Source of the DNA: the human T2T-CHM13v2.0 reference genome, Homo sapiens
Assembly (NCBI RefSeq): GCF_009914755.1
Contig: NC_060925.1
Strand: one strand, 5' to 3'
DNA: 64,000 nucleotides
The notes below the pieces were generated by a model, which was not told the DNA's origin, made no database searches, and was given only the letters and a program-made list of their open reading frames with translations. Made by a program: the position numbers and the translations under genes. Shown here piece after piece: positions 55,517-64,000 of the stretch; within the stretch, counting starts at the first letter, position 1; each line of letters opens with the position of its first letter.

Positions 55517-57299
55517 TTCAGGAGCAATAATCTGGTGACCTGGGTAGTGTATGTTCTCTATGTAAATGGTGGAAACTCTGAATAATCCAGCAGTGCTGTT
55601 CTCAAAGGGACTATCAAAACCACAGCATTTTATCAAGAAAGAATTAAAAAGGCCAGACATTTCCAGCATTGCTGCTCTGCCTCATTTTCCTGGGAAGTTG
55701 CCTCAGTCAGCTTGACACAAGCGTACACAGATACTAGAAGAGATGTGGGTATAGAAGAAGAGAGAGGAACAGAGAGAGAAGAAAAAAAAAAAGAGAAAGC
55801 CCCAGAGCAACAAATCCATGCACCAGTCCTACAGTAACCTAGCAATCAAGGCATTAGCAGCCAAAAAGCTTTTCTTGTAGAGGGGGAGTTAATGGATTTA
55901 TATTATTTGTGGTTATCTGGATTTCAGATTGACACCATAAATATTCAGACTCTGAACTCGGCTGGAAGCAGCCGCTACTGACTTTTCTGTGACCTAGCTG
56001 GAAACTTTAAATCAGCTGTCTCCTTGACTTTCAAGTGAATGACATATTCCAAATCCACTAGATAGCATCTCCTCAGTGTTTTATTGCCTCCAGAGGACCT
56101 CAGTTCAGTGGGGTCTGTAACTACAGCCTCTCTTTTGAATGCAAGTCCAGTTAAGACTGCTAAGTCATAAAGTAGTCGGTAATGGCATAGAGATGTCTTA
56201 GACTGTGGGTACGGACAGAGCTTATTCTACAAAATACGCATTTCATGCAAACCCTGCAACACATTATTCATTAACTGACATGGATCTCCATCCATGGCTC
56301 TCTCTGTTCAGTAGATCTTGCCTAGGTACTTTTGTTCTCATTTTCTTCTTGCTTTTATTTGTCTCTGAGAGTTTGATTGACAAGAGACTTCCACATAGGT
56401 ACATGGGGACATTTCCTTCTCAGTGCATTGTGAGCTGCTTCCAGTTCCTATGATCAGCAGCTGGCAAAAGCGAGAGATCCTTCCTAAAAGGAGGTTAGAA
56501 CCTCTCTCTGGTTCACTTCAGAGCTGACAGTATAACTTTAGTGATAGGAGAAGGAAGGGTGGGGACCTCCTCCTCCCGCTGTGTTGCTGGGGTTGGGGAA
56601 CCTTCCACTGGCAACAGGCTCCCTTTTGCCCCATGACAAATTGTGCTGAAGGTTTGACAACGCCAAATCCATCATAAGGATCAGGCCAGCTCCTTCTCTC
56701 TGTCAGCTTAACAGATGTGGCAGCAGCCACAATGTCAATAAGGGTTATGTCCTGCTTCAGAGAAAAAGGGGCTAAAACACCATTTAAGTAATTGCTTGGG
56801 GATAAAAATCAAGCTATCCTTCTAGGTAGGCAATAGCGTTATCAAGAAGGGCTCCACACATGGGCTGCTTCTCCCTTCCTTTCTCTGATGAGTTGAAAGG
56901 TATTTTCAGGGGAAGATGTGTGGGTCTATTACCAGGAGAAAGGGCAAGGCATGAGCAATTGCAAGTTGTGACTTTCCAGGTCCCATCAACTTGACGATTG
57001 CAACTCCACCAAGGATTCTTATTCCATCATTTGACCCATACCATAATACACCCCAGATGTTATAAAACTTTTTTGGATATTTGATATAAAGGCAGGGGGT
57101 GGGGGTGAGGGGGAAAGCCGTCATTAAGGGCAAATCAGCACAATCCTGGACTTGCTTTTATAGTTTAATATTATATTCTGAATTTTACGTGGATAATCCT
57201 AATTTTTTTCCATGCTTAGGGGCTCTGAGTGCCTTAATTCTGGCCTAATAAAAAAAGCATACTAGTAAAAGAAGAGTATAAACAGGGAACTGCAAGAAG

Positions 57300-57870
57300 A
57301 GCAGAACAGCTGAAGTGAAAACTTAGGGGTGGGGAGTGGCAGGCCATGAAAGTGGAAAAGCAGGCAGGACCAACAACTGCAAGACAGAGCTGGTCTGTCA
57401 TACTAAGTCTCCTGTAGTGATGAGACACTCTTGCACGAGTATTAATAGGAAAGCGACTGGATTGTATTTGCATTTCAGACAAATCACTCTGACAGCTGTG
57501 TGAAATATGGATTACAGGAGGAGAAGAATGGAGCCAGGAAGACCAGTTAAAAGGACATTACACTAGACTTGGTAAAATATAATGAGTGTCTTAGCCAGGT
57601 AATTAGTAGTAGAGATGAATAGAAGCAATGAAATGTGTATTTATATACTTATATCCTTAAGGGTTAAAATTGACTGGAATGGTGCCTGGTTAGACGCTGT
57701 GGCTGAGGGACTTGAGGAAGAAAGCTCCATCAATGAGAAAGCCCTCATGTGTTAGTTGTGTGACTGGTTATATTGTAACTAGCAAGTAAAATGAAGAATA
57801 GTGGAAGAGAAGCAGATTGGGGAGGGTGAATGGTAAGCTTAGCTCTAGACAGATTCAATTTGAAGTTCTG
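57300..57870 (-). mobile_element. L2 internal fragment
   Basis: AATCACTCTGACAGCTGTGTG...GGAAGACCAGTTAAAAG...GGAAGAGAAGCAGATTGGGG are typical antisense L2 motifs. Confidence 0.7.
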
Positions 57871-58329
57871 GTGAATAAGACCTGTTCTGTTTTCCCAACC
57901 TGCTTCCAAATAGCTGCCTCAGTTGCCAATCTGCAGACATTGCTTGACAGAAGTTTCCACTGCTGTAGTAGAGCCACATTTTTGGAGCAGGGTGTTAACA
58001 CTCAGTCTCTAGCCCACATTTCAGAAGAGGGTGTGTGCTTGGGATTCATGAGACAGTACATTCCTGTCTATTCCTTCCATACTGGAAACCATTCCTAACC
58101 CAGTACTCCACTGTAGCCTCCTGTAGCTTAATGCAGCCTAGAATAAGATCCTGCTAGGAATAGTAGGAACGCTCTGGCAGAGGAGTCATTAGCACCAGGT
58201 AATAGAAGTGTGCAGAAACAGATCTCACTTGTAGATTAGTGGATTGATACCATACTAAGTCTGAATAGATTCTGGTTTTTGGAGAAATTCGAGTGTTGAC
58301 TCTGCCAGCCATCTAAATTAGTTGGGACT

Positions 58330-58803
58330 TGGATGGAAGAGGCAAACACCTATTTAAAGTAACTGAGGCAGAAAGTGAAATATTTTGGCTCTGCAATCAA
58401 ATGGTAGGGAGTGTACTGTACTGGCACAGCTGGGCCTGAGGGATGACCAGAACCAGGACTGTGAACTCCGCTAGAGAGCTCTCTCTCTATCTTTTTCTTT
58501 CATTTCTGTTTGTCTTTATGTCTTTACTTCTTTCTATCAGATGGACTTCCCTCAAGAGCTGGAAACATATCTTTTGGCAGACAGAGGCATGCATTAACAT
58601 CTTTCTACTCAAGAGGGACTATTTTCCCATAGTTCCAATTAAAGAACTCTGGGACTTGGTAGGTAGGGTATTGTGATTGACTATCCTTAATATAATCACA
58701 TATTTGAAGAAGAGGAGAACAATTGTTTCTCTCTCTAAAGGGGCTGCTATTCTCAGAAGAAAGGAGGTCCACCTACTGAATAAAGCAACAGATGCATGCT
58801 ACA
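58330..58803. mobile_element. Old MLT1 (J/K/L-like) LTR remnant
   Basis: CTGGGCCTGAGGGATGACCAGAACCAGGACT and a terminus GGGGCTGCTATT...GCTACA. Confidence 0.45.
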
Positions 58804-58849
58804 CCGTCTTTATAAAAGCTCTGCAAAGCCTTGTGCCTACCATGCCATC

Positions 58850-59150
58850 CCAAAATTTTCTATAAGGGCAATGAGAATTTAATTATGCAAGCACCAAGCT
58901 CACCCTACTTCTGAAAACATAAAATCGGGCAGGGATCATTACCATATTCCTCACTCTGATTCATGACTCACTCTCTTGTGTTCTTATAACATGAAATCTA
59001 ATATATGCATCTGATAAACCACTTAATACAACACCTTGTAATTACTATTTATGTGCTGTCTTCATCTCTAGACTGTGAGCTCTTTGAGATCGGTGACTGT
59101 GTCTTCATTGCTTTTGTATACCCAGAGCTTGGCCCAGAGCTTGGCACATT
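58850..59150 (+). mobile_element. L2 3' fragment
   Basis: CTAGACTGTGAGCTCTTTGAG...TGTATACCCAGAGCTTGGCCCAGAGCTTGGCACAT. Confidence 0.75.
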
Positions 59151-60319
59151 ATTTTGGTGGCATTTTACCTCATGCTGGAAGAGAAAAAAAAAATTCTTGG
59201 TTTGAAACTCTCTCTCCAAGTCACAGAAGCATCAAAGTCTTTCCAGCAACAGTGTGAAATAATGAAAAAAAGCTTTCCGTTGCATTTCAGATAAATACTG
59301 TTGAAAACTAAGATTACTCCTGAAACTCACAGCACTCCTCCCATAGTGGCCATCAAGAGATATTGATTAATGGATTGACTGATTAATTAAAAAGATAGAA
59401 CTAAAGAAAAGGAAGGAAATGGTAGTCTTTTATGCATTTACACATGCATAATAATATTATTGATATATATATGGATGATATTACTAAATTGCCATTTACA
59501 CATTGTTGTGTTTGAGATTGTTTAGTGGTAATAGGAGTAGTAAAGAATGGGTGTTATACCATTCATACTCTTCCTTTTTATTGTCTTTTCCCCAACAGTA
59601 TGAAATTGTGAATCTATTGATCATTGTTTGAGGTGCAGTTTGTAAGTGTGGAACATTTGCAAAGCTAATTTCAAAGTAGAACAAACACTTTTTTTTCTCA
59701 CCAGCAGTATCCCATAACCAACACAGTTAATCAGCCACCAGAGACATAAAGAAACTGCTAAATTCCTGCAATCTTATAACTTTGAACTATTCTCTGCCAT
59801 TACTGGTCCTTGTGTATATACCCTGAGAGAAGAGGGTTCTGGGAAAATGACAGGGCCTTAACTAGAAGATCTGCAATATCTCAAGTCTGCTAAAAGGACC
59901 ACTCACCCTTTCCTCCTACCTCCAAAGAATTAGGATCTAGGAAAATAGTTTGAATTGATCAATGGACTGGCTTCGACCCTACCGAGGAGCTTGTCATATG
60001 CAAGAATAACGTTTGAGATGAAAAATCTAGCCATATGCAGATTCCTAGTTTTGTTCCTAAAATAACTCCTGGTGTTGTTGGCTTCTCTCCCTCATCTAGT
60101 TACCATCTGGGGTTTGTGTGTGTCTGTGTGTGTCTGTGTGTGCACGCGCGCAGGCAATAATACCTCCTCCCCACAATCTGCCAGGCACAGACACCCTCCT
60201 TCCACCTCTCCCACGCTTATGTACTCACTGAACCAGGGATGCGGAAAAGATTTCAGATTAACTGAAAAGGCCCAATTTCTGCTTTCCTGCCAAAGATTTT
60301 ACACGTACTTTATGCCTCC

Positions 60320-60321
<2 letters not shown>

Positions 60322-60354
<33 letters not shown>
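60322..60354. repeat. Isolated A33 homopolymer
   Basis: Read directly; no Alu or L1 body upstream. Confidence 0.95.
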
Positions 60355-60357
<3 letters not shown>

Positions 60358-62256
60358 GCTCTATAAGCAGAGGCCAAGGAGACCAGTAGCAATAGGAATT
60401 AATTTGTGAAGGTCTAGGTTGTATGTGGCTCCTTGGTGCTTAAGCCAATGTGTAGAAGTTAATATATAATGGCTTGGGGGCTACAAACATTTTTGTCTAA
60501 ACTTAACAACTCACTCAAATGCTGGCCTATTTCTTTTTTACTTCAGAAACTTATTTATTTCACATTTCTTCGGTTTAGAAATGACCTGGGCATTGAACTA
60601 ATTAAAAAAATAATTTAATATATGGGGAATAAATCCTACCCAAGCTAAGACCTTGTCAGCCAATTTCAACCTGGAGTGCAACCTTAGAACAGAATAGTAA
60701 ATCTCCTATAATAGGGGCTTCCAGATCCACTATATCACAGAATGCTTTGCATACTTGTCAGGGAGCACAATTCACCTCGCCAACTGCCCTCACAAACTTC
60801 CTGAAACATGAAGGGTTCAGTGTGTTAGTGGGGAAGTCAAGGGGCTGGGGAGAGGGAGGCTGGATTCAGGTATTGACAGTGGGGGAAATCAGGGCTCACC
60901 CACGGGAGTCAGAGGGAGCTGGGGAGTCAATGGAGGTGAAAAATAGACGTTAAGAAGGATGAAACCAGAGACCACTCTGCCTTTTCCCCTTCCTCCTGTG
61001 AAGCCGACAGACTCACACAGGAAGCAGCTATCCCAGTGTTGGTTCATTTATCCCAGAGAAGAGGTCAAAGAAAGGACAAAGCAGCCGTCGTGCAAATGGA
61101 AGAATTTAAGGAGAAGATCAGGAGAGGCTCGAGAGAACAAGGATTTGCTCATAAGCAGGGGAACCATGCTACTCTGAATGAAGGATATCAAATAGTGGGT
61201 TCCCTGCTAGCTGTGCTGGTGTGAAACAGACCATTTTTGCTTGGCTTTTTTTGTGCCTGTTGGAAGAGAACTCCGCAGTGGCTAACACTCATTAAGCATC
61301 CCTGCGGGATCACCCTGAGAATGTTGGTGGCCTAAGAGTAGTTGTAGTGGTTTGGGATTATGAACCAGGAGAAAGCCTCTGTGACCCTAAATTTTTATTT
61401 GCTAATGCTGAAAATACCTCATTAAAGATTCACTCTTTTTGGTTAAGATTTGTCCATGTTAAGGAAAGGATAAGGAGAAGAGTTGAGTAATTTGTGAATG
61501 AATTACTTTTTAAGACTTTTCCTCATTTAGAACCATAAGTTGTGGGAGACAGGGGAAAAGAACATGAAAGTATTGAGTATCTGAGGCAGAAGAAAGGGCA
61601 TCCTCTACGGACCAGGTGAAATTAGAGATATTCAGCCTACTTCGCAGTTTTTCCTAGTAAAAAGTCTCTAGCTCCGGTGAAGAAAATGTGACAAGAGCAA
61701 ATATTTCCTGAGTTCACTCTAGTCCTCTGATGATGCATGATATGTGAGGTTCTTCTCTGCATCGTGCCTCAGGCTCCCAGGAGGTAAGAAAGAATAGCAC
61801 TCTCACTATTACTCACCTCAAAGGAAGTGACCAGAACCAGTTTTAATAGTTTACGACAATAGATTCTAATTATTTAAACTTCATTAACCTGCTGTAGAAC
61901 TGTAATCAGGTTATAATCATGAGTACCTGAATTTTGTGTCAGGCCTTAAGAATGCAGAGGACTTTTCCGATTCTAGCAGGTTTGCAGGGGTTTTCAGTCA
62001 TACCAGTCATCATGTGACTAGCAAACATTCAATTTCTGTGGAAGTCACTGAGATGAAATAGGTTTCTAAATCCACACCATCATTCATTAAAGTGTCATTT
62101 CTCCTTGGAAATTTCCAGTTCAAGGGAAAATGATGCATGGTCATAGGGTAGAGAAAGCAAAATCAGATACCAGTTGCCCCTCCAAGGAGTCCTGTAAATG
62201 ACTTTCCTGTGTTTGGCTTATCAATAAGATTTCAAGTTCATGAGACAACAACAGTT

Positions 62257-62288
62257 TTTTGTTTGTTTGTTTGTTTGTTTGTTTGTTT
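62257..62288. repeat. (TTTG)n microsatellite
   Basis: Read directly. Confidence 0.95.
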
Positions 62289-63419
62289 GGTAGGGGGTGA
62301 GACCCCTCTTGAATATTAACAGAACAATAAATCCTACAACTCACACAGAGCACATGATTTATCTTTGATCATAACCAAGAAATCACAAACACAGAGATTT
62401 ATTTGCCTCATGTTATGACCCTTTGATCAGAGTCTTAGATTGGATGGACAGAGACGGCCAGGCCCCATGCTCCACACAAGGAACAGAGTCAAACTGGATG
62501 TGGCTCTTCAGCCATGAGGACCTGCCATGCCTCTAAGTGGTATCTGCTATCTCATGTATTATTGTCCTGGGCTTTATGGTCCTCTCCTCACCCATTCTTT
62601 TCTTTTAATAATGCCAAAGAATGGGGCTTAGAGACACAAGATCAGAGGCTGCTCATTTAAAGATGACTGAAGAGGGGAGAGGGATTCTATACCAGGAGCA
62701 ATGTATAAATTCCATGTTATTAAGATGATGCCATTTCTGGGATAGAATTTTAAGTCTCCGAAAGGGATTAGAAAAAGATAAAAGTTAGGGGAAAACATGA
62801 AGGAATAAATAACTCCTTTGAACACATATAATTAAAACTAAATTAATAATTTTGCCCCTATTATGTGCTGGGCACTGATTCAGGAACTGTAGAGACAGTA
62901 ACACATTTATGATGAGTAATACACCCTCAGAGAAACTTGTCTTGTTGGGTAGAGAGACTTACAAACAATAGATAATATCCAACAATAATGGCTTTAAATA
63001 GCATTTTGAGATATGCTAATAGAGGATTTAAATAGCATTTCTAGACAACAGTAGCTATGCTATTAAAGGGCACCTATGATTAATTACTGAACAAATTTTA
63101 CAGACAATAATTGCTAAAAGAATTCAGAGAAAGGAGAGATCCCTTTAGGCTGTGGCTGGCAAGGACATTGGTATGGAAAAAAAATATGCTTCAACTGACT
63201 TTTGTCAGGATAGGAAGTGATTTGGTAAGTAGAGTGATGTACTGTGTCTCTTGATTATCAAAGTAAATTGAAAGAAATGCCTACCTAGTGCCTACTACAG
63301 ATGTAGTTCGATGCTATACACTTTTATCACAATAATCTCGTGAAATAAAGATTATTATTATTCTGAATTTATTAAAGAGAAAACTGAGGCTCACAGAGGT
63401 GAATAACTTTAAAAAAAAA

Positions 63420-64000
63420 GAAAAAAATAGCTATCATATAGCTATCAGAAAAAATATGTGGAGTTTCACATTCAGCCATAATATAGTAATATAACTCATG
63501 TTTACCTTTCCAGATTAAAAAGGAGAAAGCCAGACAAAATATATGAAACAGCAATTTTTATTCATTGGACAATAGACAATGCAGGACTGTGATCCCTAAG
63601 GAATAAAGAACAAATGATAGAAGCCCTATGTTGTCCCAGTTTACTACCTGGAGTTTCTAGGCCATAGGATAGAGTGGGAGAACCCCAAAAGAGCCTGTTG
63701 TTCTTGCTTAATTGAAGAAATAGAGATTGATGTACAGGGAAGCTAAGGTAGCTAGAATTCTTGGAACAGAGTTGAGAGAAGAAGGAATTTCATAGAGAAA
63801 ACTCTGGAAATTTTCAGAGAGTCCCTTTGAGTCATTGATTGAGTAGCAATCTATGGACAAATAAAAATAATGTAATTGTGTACAGGCAAAAAGAGCTCTG
63901 GAAAATAGTATGCTGAGGAATTCTTAGAGCTCATAGACAACTGGGAATCATTTATATTTCTTAGAGCCAGAACGGAAAGACCTTGTAAAACATGGGTCAT
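63420..64000 (+). mobile_element. Old L1M 5' region, running off the window
   Basis: GACAAAATATATGAAACAGC...CAGGACTGTGATCCCT...GGGAAGCTAAGGTAGCTAGAATT resembles L1M4/L1MC 5' ends. Confidence 0.6.

Noticed and set aside
55500-62800. Short ORFs in the unique region (e.g. 56518-56730, 60959-61224)
   Set aside because: All are under ~95 aa, many have non-ATG starts, and none shows recognisable homology or splice structure.

Overview
This is AT-rich, CpG-poor primate genomic DNA, most likely human or great ape given the AluS, THE1A and L1PA3 elements. I see no CpG island, no convincing protein-coding exon, and no RNA gene or CRISPR array. Roughly the first 50 kb is dominated by interspersed repeats: old L1M fragments, a twin-primed L1PA15/L1PB-type insertion, a near full-length L1MA1/2 carrying a nested Alu and MST LTR, a full-length dead L1PA3 (minus strand, with a short 3' transduction) and a full-length dead L1PA8-type element (plus strand) head-to-head with it. 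There are also Alus, a FLAM, MaLR solo LTRs, small DNA-transposon fossils, MIR/L2 fragments and microsatellites. The last ~13 kb is mostly unique sequence and holds a decayed, intronless processed pseudogene of C12orf57 (GRCC10) on the minus strand. Almost all ORFs in the supplied track are repeat-derived or chance. I found no evidence for a new multi-gene biological system. The best leads are local: (1) an 84-bp templated copy of a sequence 7.9 kb away, inserted into an (AT)n tract; (2) a 97-nt fold-back palindrome inside an L1 5' UTR; (3) a 21-nt L1 3' transduction that can identify the source element; (4) the C12orf57 retrocopy; and (5) a possible very ancient RTE-clade endonuclease fossil at ~15.7-16.4 kb. 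Repeat subfamily names come from recall of consensus sequences, not a database run, and boundaries without TSDs are approximate.
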